A program made the translations under genes and the position numbers. Below, piece by piece: positions 29,018-37,835 of a stretch of DNA of 64,000 nt (its first letter is position 1; each line of letters starts with the position of its first letter). Location: positions 508-64,507 of the forward strand of contig DATAUF010000072.1 in NCBI GenBank assembly GCA_036268405.1, given 5' to 3'. A model generated the notes under the pieces. That model did not search any database. It was not told the origin of the DNA and saw nothing but the letters and a program-made list of their open reading frames with translations. Origin of the DNA: Mycobacteriales bacterium (GTDB taxonomy: Bacteria > Actinomycetota > Actinomycetes > JAFAQI01).

Positions 29018-30002
29018 TCGACACCGTCCTGACGGAAATCGTCGCGCCGTCGGTCGTCACGTGTGGCGGCGCGGCCCGCAGGCCTTCCGCCGCGAGTGCT
29101 GCCATCAACCGACCCAAGGCGTAGCCGGCGTCAAGCGGGCTGCCCTTAGCGGTCACCGACGTTCCGTCGTCGGTCATCGTGAGCAGGGCGGCGGTCTCAC
29201 CGATCGCCTCGATCGCGCGTCGCACGCGGTCGGGGTCCGGAGCCGACGCTCCTGGCTCGCCGTCCAGCACGGGTGCGCTGTCCTCGACGACCGACGCCAT
29301 CGCGTCGTGGGTTCCGACCGCGAACATGTCATCGACCGCGGCGCGGACAAGTGGCTGGGCGCCCCTGTCTTCGACGGGGATGTGGAACGCGAAGCCCCGC
29401 ACGACGGCGACGGGCCGGCCCGACAGCTTTCCCTTGACCAGGTCCCCGGCCGCAGCGAGCTCGTCCGCGAGAGCTGTGACCGTGACCTCGAGGACCTGAC
29501 CGAAGGCGTCGGCATTCCCGCGCAGGTCGTCGAGCACCTCGATGCCGGCGGCGCCGATCGCGGTGTCGACCACCCCGTCGCGCCAGGGCCGTCCCATGGT
29601 GTCGGTCACGATGACCGCCACGTCGACGCCGAGTCGCGCGCGGATCCCGTCGCGGATCGCCCGTGCCGAGGAGTCGGGGTCGAGCGGTAGCAACGCCACA
29701 GTTCCGGCGGGCACGTTGCTGGCGTCGATGCCCGCGGCGGCGAGCACGAAGCCGTGACGGGTCTGCACGATCTGGGTGCGGCCGCGCCGCGCGACCACGC
29801 GCACGGTCTCCCCGGCGAGGTGCTCCTCGCGGCTGCCTGCGACGAGGCGGCCCTCAGCCTTCGAGACGATCTTGCTCGTCACGATCAGGACATCCCCATC
29901 GCTGAGCACGACACCGGTGTCGGCGATGAGGCCGACCAGGTCATCGCCGGCGCGAACCTCGGGGATGCCGTCGAGCGCCCAGACCTCTATCGCGGCGCTC
30001 AT
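29001..30002 (-). CDS. cofE: coenzyme F420-0:L-glutamate ligase (CofE/FbiB N-domain) with a short non-canonical C-terminal extension
   Basis: [18 protein letters not shown] motif. 333 aa total. Stop/start overlap with fbiA. Confidence 0.8.
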   Translation of the reverse strand: MSAAIEVWALDGIPEVRAGDDLVGLIADTGVVLSDGDVLIVTSKIVSKAEGRLVAGSREEHLAGETVRVVARRGRTQIVQTRHGFVLAAAGIDASNVPAGTVALLPLDPDSSARAIRDGIRARLGVDVAVIVTDTMGRPWRDGVVDTAIGAAGIEVLDDLRGNADAFGQVLEVTVTALADELAAAGDLVKGKLSGRPVAVVRGFAFHIPVEDRGAQPLVRAAVDDMFAVGTHDAMASVVEDSAPVLDGEPGASAPDPDRVRRAIEAIGETAALLTMTDDGTSVTAKGSPLDAGYALGRLMAALAAEGLRAAPPHVTTDGATISVRTVSIKEGS

Positions 30003-30976
30003 GCGGCGGCACCGATCGCGAGCTCGATCGCGGCGCGTGCCATCGCTGCGGTCGCGTCGACGTCGTGCATCAGGAGGGGCACCGAGCGGGCATCGAGGCC
30101 CGAGTCGCGCAAGCCGGCAACAACCTCTGCGTCGATGTCATCGACCAGCCACCCGTCGATCAGGCCGCGGTCGCGCCGCGAGCCGTAGTGCCGGGCGACG
30201 GCGTCCGCGGAGGTCTCCACTCCGATCGCGGCGAGGCAGGCGTCTGCCATCCCGCGCACCGGGGCGCCGCCGATGATCGGGGACAGCCCGACGACCGGCG
30301 CCCGAGTCGTGCGCACGGCGTCGGCGATGCCGGGTATCTCGAGGATCACGCCGATCGAGACGACGGGATTGCTCGGCGCGAACAGCACGACGTCCGCGTC
30401 GGCGATCGCGTCCAGGACGCCGGGAGCCGGCTCGGCGTGGGCTGCCCCACGGATCTCGAAACCGGTTGCCGGCACCTCTGCGTGCAGCCGCACCCACCAC
30501 TCCTGGAAGTGCACCGTTGTGCCGTCGTGGAGGTGGACATGGGTCTCCACGGCGTCGTCGGTCGCGGGGATCACGGTCATGCCGGTCTGCCACCGTTCGC
30601 AGAGCCATCCGGTGACGGTCGACAGCGAGACGCGGTCGGCGAGCCAGCGGCTGCGGAGCAGATGGGTCGCGAGGTCGAGGTCGCCCAGCCCGAACCACGA
30701 CGGGACGAGCGAGTCGGCAGCGGCGACTGAGTCGGCGTACGCCGCGAGCTCGTCGCGCACCCGAAAGGTCTCGCCATCCCTTCCCCAACCGCGTTCCGGG
30801 CTGATCCCGCCGCCGAGCGTGTACACGATGCTGTCGAGGTCGGGGCAGATTCGTAGGCCGAGCAACGTCATGTCGTCGCCGGTGTTGGCGATGGCGGTGA
30901 TGTCGTGGCCGAGGTCCCGCAGGCCCCGCAGGAACCGGGCGCCGCCGATCCCACCGCAGAGCACTGTGACCCGCAC
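29999..30976 (-). CDS. fbiA: 2-phospho-L-lactate (or EPPG) transferase
   Basis: [20 protein letters not shown]-terminus characteristic of the CofD family. Confidence 0.88.
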   Translation of the reverse strand: MRVTVLCGGIGGARFLRGLRDLGHDITAIANTGDDMTLLGLRICPDLDSIVYTLGGGISPERGWGRDGETFRVRDELAAYADSVAAADSLVPSWFGLGDLDLATHLLRSRWLADRVSLSTVTGWLCERWQTGMTVIPATDDAVETHVHLHDGTTVHFQEWWVRLHAEVPATGFEIRGAAHAEPAPGVLDAIADADVVLFAPSNPVVSIGVILEIPGIADAVRTTRAPVVGLSPIIGGAPVRGMADACLAAIGVETSADAVARHYGSRRDRGLIDGWLVDDIDAEVVAGLRDSGLDARSVPLLMHDVDATAAMARAAIELAIGAAA

Positions 30977-31077
30977 GTCGCGCAGTCTTTCGTACTGCTC
31001 GGCGCCCTATCCGCGCGACCTCGGAGTCCTCGGACGCGTAGGGTTCCCTCCGACACCGGAACATCAGGGGAGTCAGC

Positions 31078-32673
31078 GTGGAGAGCGACACCTACGGCGC
31101 CGAGACAACTGAACCGCCGGCGCTGATCCGACGGCTCGAGGCGCTGGTTCAGCGACCGACGGCGAGCTCGGACTCGGGGCTGCCCGTGGGACCGGTCGTC
31201 GCCGCGTCGCTGACCGGCATCCGTGCCGAGATGACCGGGCTTGAGGAGCGGCTCGCCGCGATCGAGGACGCCGTCGATGAGTTCGCCGACCGTCTCGAGT
31301 CGCGCATCGTCTCGCTCGACGACCGCCTTGCCGCCTTGCTGCAGTCGATCAACTCCGAACGCGCCGCGGCGGGCCAGCACCGGGAGCGGACCTCCGAAGC
31401 GCTCCAGGAGCAGGCCAGCGCGCTCGACGAGTGGGCGGAGGCCGTCCGGGCTGGGCTCGAGGACCTCGGCGACGCGGTCGCCAGCAGTCTCGGAACGCTT
31501 GGCGACACCCTGCAGGACCCCGCGGCGCGGGAGGCGGACCGCCGCCACCTCGAAGCGATGCTGACCGAGGTCATGACCGCCGTCGACGAGGCGACCCGGC
31601 CCATCGACGACCAGCTCGCCTCCATGCACGGCGGGATCCTGGACGGCTTTGCGGCGGCACGTGATCGGTTGCTCGAGGACCTCGGCGGGACGCTCGAAGC
31701 CCTCGAACGTTCGACTGTCGCGACTCGCGGCGACGTCGACAACCAGCTGGGCGAGCTACGAAGCGACTTCGCCGACGCCCTCGACGAGGTGCGCGAGCAC
31801 ATCGAGACGACGGTGACGACATCGGGAGAGTCGGTTGCCGGCGCGCTCGCGGACATGCAGGGCGAGTGGCGGCCGCGAGTCGATGCGGTCGTCGAGGACG
31901 GCCGGGCGGCGGCTCGCAGCGTGCTCAGTGAGATCCAGGCCGAGGTGCACCGGGCGACAGCCGACCTCCGGGCGGCACTCGACGGGCAGGTGGCCGCGAT
32001 CGGGAACGTGACCGGCTACCTGGACGGTGGCACCAACCGGCTCGTCGCGGCCGGACAGTCCCTTCTCGCCTACCTGGGTGAGCGCGACCGGATGCTCGAG
32101 AAGGAGCGCGACCGGCTGCTGCACGAGGTTCTCGAGGAGTTCGCGGAGGGCCTGTCGCCTCGCGAGCGCCGGGCCGTCGCGAGCCGGGTCGGCGAGGCCG
32201 TCGACCGGCGTCGTGATGCACGTGACGCCGCGAGGTTCCGCAAGACGGCCGACAGCCATCCGGAGCCGGAGATTCCCGCTGTCCCCTCGCTCGTTGCCCG
32301 CCTTGCCGAGCCCGTCCCGGAGCCCGGGCCGCTGCGCTCGGCCGCGCCGCGCTCCGCGGCGCGTGGCTCATCGCTGCGTCCAGCGCCGAGACCGGCCCCC
32401 CGGAAGTCCTCTGCGACGAAGGCCACCTCGACCAAGACCGCTGCGGCTAAGCCCGCGGTCGCCAAGACCGCCGCGAAAAAGGCGACACCTGCAAAGAAGA
32501 CGGCGCCCGCAAAATCCGCGGCACGCAAGGCGGCTGCATCGGGCGCATCGGGCACGACGCGGGTCGCCCGGAAGACCTCCTCACGGCCCACTCAGAAGCC
32601 GGAAAAGCAGGCGGAGCCAGCGGCCGCGCCGGCTGCTCCGAGCCTGCCCGAAGGGCCTCCCACGGACTCCTGA
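31078..32673 (+). CDS. hypothetical acidic coiled-coil protein with a lysine/alanine/proline-rich histone-H1-like C-terminal tail
   Basis: About 400 aa of helical repeats rich in E, D, L and A (LEDLGDAV..., LEDLGGTLEAL...), followed by KSSATKATSTKTAAAKPAVAKTAAKKATPAKKTAPAKSAARKAA. SD AGGGGAG before the GTG. Confidence 0.6.
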   Translation: MESDTYGAETTEPPALIRRLEALVQRPTASSDSGLPVGPVVAASLTGIRAEMTGLEERLAAIEDAVDEFADRLESRIVSLDDRLAALLQSINSERAAAGQHRERTSEALQEQASALDEWAEAVRAGLEDLGDAVASSLGTLGDTLQDPAAREADRRHLEAMLTEVMTAVDEATRPIDDQLASMHGGILDGFAAARDRLLEDLGGTLEALERSTVATRGDVDNQLGELRSDFADALDEVREHIETTVTTSGESVAGALADMQGEWRPRVDAVVEDGRAAARSVLSEIQAEVHRATADLRAALDGQVAAIGNVTGYLDGGTNRLVAAGQSLLAYLGERDRMLEKERDRLLHEVLEEFAEGLSPRERRAVASRVGEAVDRRRDARDAARFRKTADSHPEPEIPAVPSLVARLAEPVPEPGPLRSAAPRSAARGSSLRPAPRPAPRKSSATKATSTKTAAAKPAVAKTAAKKATPAKKTAPAKSAARKAAASGASGTTRVARKTSSRPTQKPEKQAEPAAAPAAPSLPEGPPTDS

Positions 32674-32709
32674 TCCTGCGGGGGAGTGGAAGCAATACCA
32701 CCACCCCCC

Positions 32710-32739
32710 TTGACTTTCAGGGTACGACGCGCATGTAAT
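32710..32739 (+). promoter_or_regulatory. candidate sigma-70-type promoter for whiB (TTGACT - 18 nt - TGTAAT)
   Basis: Hexamers read at 32710-32715 and 32734-32739 in an AT-richer intergenic stretch, about 120 nt upstream of the whiB start. Confidence 0.4.
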
Positions 32740-32812
32740 TCCACACGTGTCATTCCCCCCGGGTCGTCCTCGCACCATCAAGCGGGGCCGTTCCGGCCAG
32801 GACACGCCGAGC

Positions 32813-32837
32813 CTCGCGGCCGCCGGATCGCCGCGAG
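32813..32837 (+). promoter_or_regulatory. 8-bp perfect hairpin in the whiB leader (CTCGCGGC / GCCGCGAG)
   Basis: Arms at 32813-32820 and 32830-32837, about 10 nt upstream of the GGAGG Shine-Dalgarno. Confidence 0.4.
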
Positions 32838-32856
32838 CAGCTGACGTGGAGGCGCC

Positions 32857-33123
32857 ATGACAACCGAGTCGTTCGTAGCCCTTGGGCCCGAGGACGAGAC
32901 GCTGCTTTTGCCCTGGCAGGTCGAGGCGCTTTGCGCGCAGACCGACCCTGAGGCGTTCTTCCCGGAGAAGGGCGGCTCGACCCGGGAAGCGAAGCGGGTC
33001 TGCGGCCGCTGTGACGTGCGGGGCGAGTGCCTGTCGTACGCGCTCTCGCACGACGAGCGCTTCGGCATCTGGGGCGGCCTCTCCGAGCGCGAACGCCGCC
33101 GCCTCAAGCGTCGAGTCGTCTGA
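32857..33123 (+). CDS. whiB: WhiB-family transcriptional regulator (WhiB2/WhmD-like by synteny)
   Basis: Four Cys (C...CGRCDVRGEC), GIWGG turn, basic C-terminus RRRLKRR. Lies next to fbiA as whiB2 (Rv3260c) does. Confidence 0.92.
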   Translation: MTTESFVALGPEDETLLLPWQVEALCAQTDPEAFFPEKGGSTREAKRVCGRCDVRGECLSYALSHDERFGIWGGLSERERRRLKRRVV

Positions 33124-33170
33124 GCCCACCGCTGCAATAGGCTCATAGGGCCGGCGGGGCCGGTCCTCTT

Positions 33171-36100
33171 ATGCCTGCGACCTCCTCACGCACCCGTCAC
33201 CCGGGTCACGTCATCACCGCCGTGGTGCTGTGCCGCGACAACGTGAAGCTGCTGGCCAAGACGCTCGATGCGCTCGAGGCCCAGGACCGCACCGCTGACC
33301 GGGTCGTTGCCGTCGACATGGGCAGCTCCGACCGCAGCGTGACGGTGGCGGTGGATCGGCTTGGGGTCGACAACGTCGTCCGCTTCGACGGCCCGGTCGA
33401 CACCTCGTCGGCCGTGGCGGCGGGCCTGGATCTGGTCACCACTCGTGCCGAACGCCGGGCGCGTGACGATGCCCCACTCGAGTGGATCTGGCTGTTGCAC
33501 GACGACAGCGCGCCAGATCCCGCGGCGCTTGATGAGCTGCTGCTGCGCGTCACTCACTCGCCATCGGTCTGGCTCGCGGGCCCGAAGGTCCGTGACTGGG
33601 ACAACAAGCTCCTGCTGCGCGCCGGCTTGACGATCGATGCGGCCGGCAACGTCGACACCGGTCTGGACCGTCGCGAGCCCGACCAGGGTCAACGCGACGA
33701 TGTCGATGAGGTGCTCGCGGTGGGCATCGCCGGTGCGTTGGTGCGCCGCGACGTCTGGGAGCAGCTCGGCGGCATGGATCCCGCGTGGGCGGACTACGCC
33801 GCCGAGATCGACCTCGGGTGGCGGGTCAACGCGGCCGGTGGTCGGGTTGTCGTCGTACCGCATGCGGTGCTGCTGCATGCCGGGACGGACTGTCCTGGCG
33901 ACCAGCCGGCGGGTACTGCAATCAGGTCACAGGCGGTGCGCCGCCGCAACGGCATGCAGATCGTGCTGACCAACACAGCCGGTTGGCTCGTGCCGCTGCT
34001 CCTGTTGCGCTACCTCGTCGTCGGCGTGCTTCACGCCGTGGCCCTACTCGTGCTTTCCCGGCGTCCCCGCGAGGCCGCCGCGGAGCTTCTCGGAGTCGGC
34101 CAGGTGCTCGCGGCGCCGGCGGTTGTCTTCAACGGCCGCCGACGGCGAGAGGCGGGCCGCGAGGTCTCCTACGGCGATCTTCGCCGGCTGTTCCCGCCCG
34201 CCGGACGGTGGCTGTCCGGCATGCTCAGCGTGCGAATGCACTCGCCGACGGCGACGGATGCGCCGGTCAACCGGAGGCGGCGAGCCGCCGTCGAGACCGG
34301 GCCGGTATCCGAGGAGTCCGAGGCGCTCGGCGATGAGCTCAGCGCATTCGGCGAGTTCCTGCGCCGCCCCGCGTCGTTGTTGCTGATCGTCACTGGCCTG
34401 CTCGCGATCGTGGCCAACCGCCACGTGCTGTCGGGGACCTTGCACGGCGGGCGGCTCCTGCCGGCGCCGCCCGGAGCGAGCGATCTCTGGTCGTCCTATT
34501 TCAGCGCGTGGCACGCCTCATCGGTCGGGTCGGTTGCCCCTTCACCGGCCTCGACCGCGCTGCTCGCGGGGCTGTCGACGATCCTGCTCGGCAAGACCTG
34601 GCTCGCCGTCGACGTGCTCTTCCTCGGTGTCGTGCCGCTGGCGGCGGTCAGCGCGTTCACCGCACTGCGGGTGTTCACCACCACCGTGCGGGTCCGGGTC
34701 TGGGTGTCGATCGTCTATGCGTTGCTTCCGGCTGTCACCGGAGCCGCCGCCTCGGGGCGGCTCGATCTCGTCGTCGCGGCGATCGTCCTGCCCCGCGTTG
34801 CCCGGGGGGTGTTCCTCGCTTGGCATCCCGATGCGGCTGGGACGATGCGAGGCCGCTGCGTGCGTGCCGGACTGTGGCTCGCTGTCGCGGCGGCCTTTGC
34901 GCCCCTGATCTGGCTTGTCGTCGCCGTTGTCTGCGCGTCGGTGGTGGCCGCGGGCTACTTCCTGCCGAACCGCGACCCGGACGTCGAAGCCGCTGACGAT
35001 CCGACGCCGGCCATGCCGATTCTCGATCGGCTCGGCGCGGCCGGCGCGATTCTCGCGGTGCCGCTTCTGGTGCTCCTCCCGTGGTCGCTGCACGTCATCG
35101 CGCATCCCGGTCTGCTGTTCTCGGGCAGCGGCACGCAGGAGTTCTACGCCTCACGATCCGCGCCGTCCGGGTTGTCTCTCGCGCTGCTGCATGCCGGTGG
35201 AACCGGCGAGCCACCCGTGTGGGTGGGAATCCCGATCGTGGCCGCCGTGATCCTCGGCCTGCGGCGTGCCAGCCGGCTCTCCGCCGCTCGCATCGGTGCG
35301 GGCGTCTTCGCACTGGGTCTGGTCGTCGCCGTCCTCGAGACCCGGAGCGCGGGAGTCACTGGCGGATACCCGTCGACTCGGCACTGGCCGGGCCTCGCCC
35401 TGCTGATCGCGGGCGCCGGCGCGCTCCTCGCCGCGCTCGTCGCGGCAGTGGGCGCCCGTCCGGCGCTTCGCGACCAGAGCTTCAGCTGGCGGCAGCCGGC
35501 GGCCGTTGTGGTCGTGGCGTTGGCGCTGATCTCGACGGTGACGTTGGTCGGGGGCTGGCTGATCCGGGGGGGCGGCCATCCGCTGCGCGGTGGTGATCCG
35601 TCGGCGTTGCCGGTCTACGTGCAGGCCGAGCTCGATGTCCCGACCGCCGGTCGTGCCTTGATTCTCGACGGCGACGGCCACTTGGTGCGCTACGCCCTGG
35701 TCCGTACCTCAGACGGTCCGCGGCTCGGCGCGGGTGACCTTCCTGTGGAAGGCGGCCCGGCGCAGCGTGCCTCGGCCGCCCTCGCCTCCGCGGTTCGCGA
35801 CCTGGTTGCCGGGCGGCCCGGCGCGGGCGCAGAGCTGGTGCCGCTAGGGGTCGACTACGTCGTCGCTCCCACTGCAACGGCACGGCACGTCGCACCGGAG
35901 CTCGGCCAGGACCCGACGTTGACCGTCATCCCGGTGCCGGGCGCCACCGTGTGGCATTCGACCCTCGCGACCGGCGAGCTCACCGTCCTGACCGGCGCCA
36001 ACATCGTGGCGGCCGAGGCGGGCCGGGTGCCGAGCGCCGCGCCTGCGTCCGTCTTGAACACGTCGGGCGGTGTGGCAAGTCCAAGCGCCTCGGTTGCCCC

Positions 36101-36365
36101 AGCAGCGGTCCCGCGGCTGCTTGTCCTCGCGGAGCCGGCATCGAGTCACTGGCGGGCCAGCGTCGATGGGCATGCGCTGACCTCTAAGACGGCGTACGGC
36201 TGGGCACAGGCCTTCGAGCTTCCGCCGGGTGGCGGGCACGTGGCGGTCAGCTACGACAGCGGCAGCCGGCACTTGTGGCTGCTCGTCGAGCTGGTCCTCC
36301 TCGCGGGCGTCATGTTGTACGGCGCGGGTGCCGGTCCTCACGTCCCGCACCGGGAGTCGACATGA
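33171..36365 (+). CDS. glycosyltransferase family 2 domain fused to a large polytopic membrane domain (1064 aa)
   Basis: The N-terminal ~300 aa are GT-A-like (ITAVVLCRDN, LLHDDSAPDP, GALVRRDVWEQLGGMD, EIDLGWR). These are followed by many hydrophobic helices, a ~230-aa non-hydrophobic region and a terminal TM segment. Confidence 0.8.
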   Translation: MPATSSRTRHPGHVITAVVLCRDNVKLLAKTLDALEAQDRTADRVVAVDMGSSDRSVTVAVDRLGVDNVVRFDGPVDTSSAVAAGLDLVTTRAERRARDDAPLEWIWLLHDDSAPDPAALDELLLRVTHSPSVWLAGPKVRDWDNKLLLRAGLTIDAAGNVDTGLDRREPDQGQRDDVDEVLAVGIAGALVRRDVWEQLGGMDPAWADYAAEIDLGWRVNAAGGRVVVVPHAVLLHAGTDCPGDQPAGTAIRSQAVRRRNGMQIVLTNTAGWLVPLLLLRYLVVGVLHAVALLVLSRRPREAAAELLGVGQVLAAPAVVFNGRRRREAGREVSYGDLRRLFPPAGRWLSGMLSVRMHSPTATDAPVNRRRRAAVETGPVSEESEALGDELSAFGEFLRRPASLLLIVTGLLAIVANRHVLSGTLHGGRLLPAPPGASDLWSSYFSAWHASSVGSVAPSPASTALLAGLSTILLGKTWLAVDVLFLGVVPLAAVSAFTALRVFTTTVRVRVWVSIVYALLPAVTGAAASGRLDLVVAAIVLPRVARGVFLAWHPDAAGTMRGRCVRAGLWLAVAAAFAPLIWLVVAVVCASVVAAGYFLPNRDPDVEAADDPTPAMPILDRLGAAGAILAVPLLVLLPWSLHVIAHPGLLFSGSGTQEFYASRSAPSGLSLALLHAGGTGEPPVWVGIPIVAAVILGLRRASRLSAARIGAGVFALGLVVAVLETRSAGVTGGYPSTRHWPGLALLIAGAGALLAALVAAVGARPALRDQSFSWRQPAAVVVVALALISTVTLVGGWLIRGGGHPLRGGDPSALPVYVQAELDVPTAGRALILDGDGHLVRYALVRTSDGPRLGAGDLPVEGGPAQRASAALASAVRDLVAGRPGAGAELVPLGVDYVVAPTATARHVAPELGQDPTLTVIPVPGATVWHSTLATGELTVLTGANIVAAEAGRVPSAAPASVLNTSGGVASPSASVAPAAVPRLLVLAEPASSHWRASVDGHALTSKTAYGWAQAFELPPGGGHVAVSYDSGSRHLWLLVELVLLAGVMLYGAGAGPHVPHREST

Positions 36366-37825
36366 GACGGGACGTACCACTTTTTGCGGCCGTGGTCGTG
36401 ATCGCAGTGGTGATCTCGTTCTTCACGGGATCCACGGCCGCGCGGCGGACGTCGGCGCCTGCCGGTACCGCGGCCGTGACGGCGCGCACGCTGGTCTGCC
36501 CAGCTGTCAACGGCCTCCCCCGTCACACCACGGCGACGGCCGTCGCTGCCGATGTCGGCGGCACCCTCTCGCCGGTGCCCTCGCCCGCCGGCGCGGGCAC
36601 CGTCACGTCGTCGGTGCTCAACGGGTTGAAGGCGTCGCGGTCGGCCGCGATGCACCTCGGGCCGACGGCCGAGGTCCACAGCACGGCTCTGCAGAGCGAA
36701 TCGGTCGCCATCACAGGCAACGGCTCGATCGCGGCGAATCTGGCCGCGGACGAGCTGAGTGAGACGGTGTCGGGTCGCTACCGCGCGCTCGCCGGGGGCA
36801 ACTGTCTCCCGCCCGCAACGGACTGGTGGTTCGCCGGAGGCAACGGCAAGCTCGGCTTCACCGACCGGTTGATCCTCGCGAATCCGGCAGGCACGGATGC
36901 GGACGTGGGCGTCACGGTTTGGACGCCGCACGGCGTCACCACCCCGCCGCGATTCGCCGCCATCCGGGTGCCTGCCGAGTCGCGGGTCAGCATCGGTCTG
37001 CTTGCGGTCGCGCCTGACATCTCCACGCTCGCGATGCACGTGCATGCCGAGAGCGGCGCGGTCGTCGCCGCAGTGGTCGATCGGCGTACCTCAGGGCTGG
37101 ACTCCGATGGCGGTGATCTGGTTCCACCGACGCTGCCGCCGAGCCGCCATCCGGTGATCGCGGGCTTCCCTGCCGGCACCGGCACTCGCACTCTCGTCCT
37201 CGCCAACCCCGGAACCGCCGACGCCAGTGTCAGCGTCAAGGTGGTCACGGCGGTGGGCGAGTTCACGCCGTCGAGCGTCAAGCCGGTGGTCGTCGGGCCG
37301 GGCCGGACCTCCGTGGTCGACCTGTCCAACGCGTTCAACGGCGGCGGGGGCGCGGTGCTGGTCAACAGCGACCAGCCCGTTCTCGCTGAGGGCCGCACCA
37401 TCCTGACCCCGTCCGGTCGCAGGCTCCGGCCGGATCTGTCGTGGGCGCCCGCAGCCCATCCGCTGTCCGGTCCGGCCGGGGTAGCGATCGGGCACGAGCC
37501 GGACGGCGGCGTGTGCGTGCTCGTGTTGAGCGCACCGGCGGGGGCGGCATCGGTCCGGGTCACCACGCCTTCCGGCGGCAGCCAGACCATCACGGTCGCG
37601 GCAGGGCACAGCGAGTCGGTCGACATCACGTCGACGGTGCGCTCCGGAACCGGCGAGTGGCCATTCCTGGTGACTCCGGTCGGCAGCGCGCCGGTCTACG
37701 GAGCGCGGCAGCTGTATTTCTCCGGCGCCCATGGCGCGTTGCTCACCACTGAGCCCCTGGTCGGGCTGCCTCGCCCGATTTCGCTGCCCACGGTCCGCCA
37801 GGACCCGCGGATCGCGGTGCGCTGA
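36362..37825 (+). CDS. N-terminally anchored repeat protein (DUF5719-like)
   Basis: One TM helix (LFAAVVVIAVVISFF), then three L-x-LANPG-x-x-DA-x-V-x-V-like modules. ATGA overlap with the GT2 gene. Confidence 0.65.
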   Translation: MRRDVPLFAAVVVIAVVISFFTGSTAARRTSAPAGTAAVTARTLVCPAVNGLPRHTTATAVAADVGGTLSPVPSPAGAGTVTSSVLNGLKASRSAAMHLGPTAEVHSTALQSESVAITGNGSIAANLAADELSETVSGRYRALAGGNCLPPATDWWFAGGNGKLGFTDRLILANPAGTDADVGVTVWTPHGVTTPPRFAAIRVPAESRVSIGLLAVAPDISTLAMHVHAESGAVVAAVVDRRTSGLDSDGGDLVPPTLPPSRHPVIAGFPAGTGTRTLVLANPGTADASVSVKVVTAVGEFTPSSVKPVVVGPGRTSVVDLSNAFNGGGGAVLVNSDQPVLAEGRTILTPSGRRLRPDLSWAPAAHPLSGPAGVAIGHEPDGGVCVLVLSAPAGAASVRVTTPSGGSQTITVAAGHSESVDITSTVRSGTGEWPFLVTPVGSAPVYGARQLYFSGAHGALLTTEPLVGLPRPISLPTVRQDPRIAVR

Positions 37826-37835
37826 CGCTGGGTCG

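Noticed and set aside
32704-32760. Two intergenic hexacytosine tracts (32704-32709 and 32755-32760) reminiscent of the actinobacterial 6C sRNA (two hairpin loops with six or more C). In M. tuberculosis that sRNA lies next to ssd.
   Set aside because: I could not fold either C-tract into the loop of a convincing GC-rich hairpin. The best option is a 6-bp stem with a 21-nt loop for the first tract. The first tract also abuts the putative -35 box, so it would not be transcribed from that promoter. No C-tract pair occurs near the Ssd-like gene at 57-59 kb either. A cmsearch with Rfam RF01066 would settle this.
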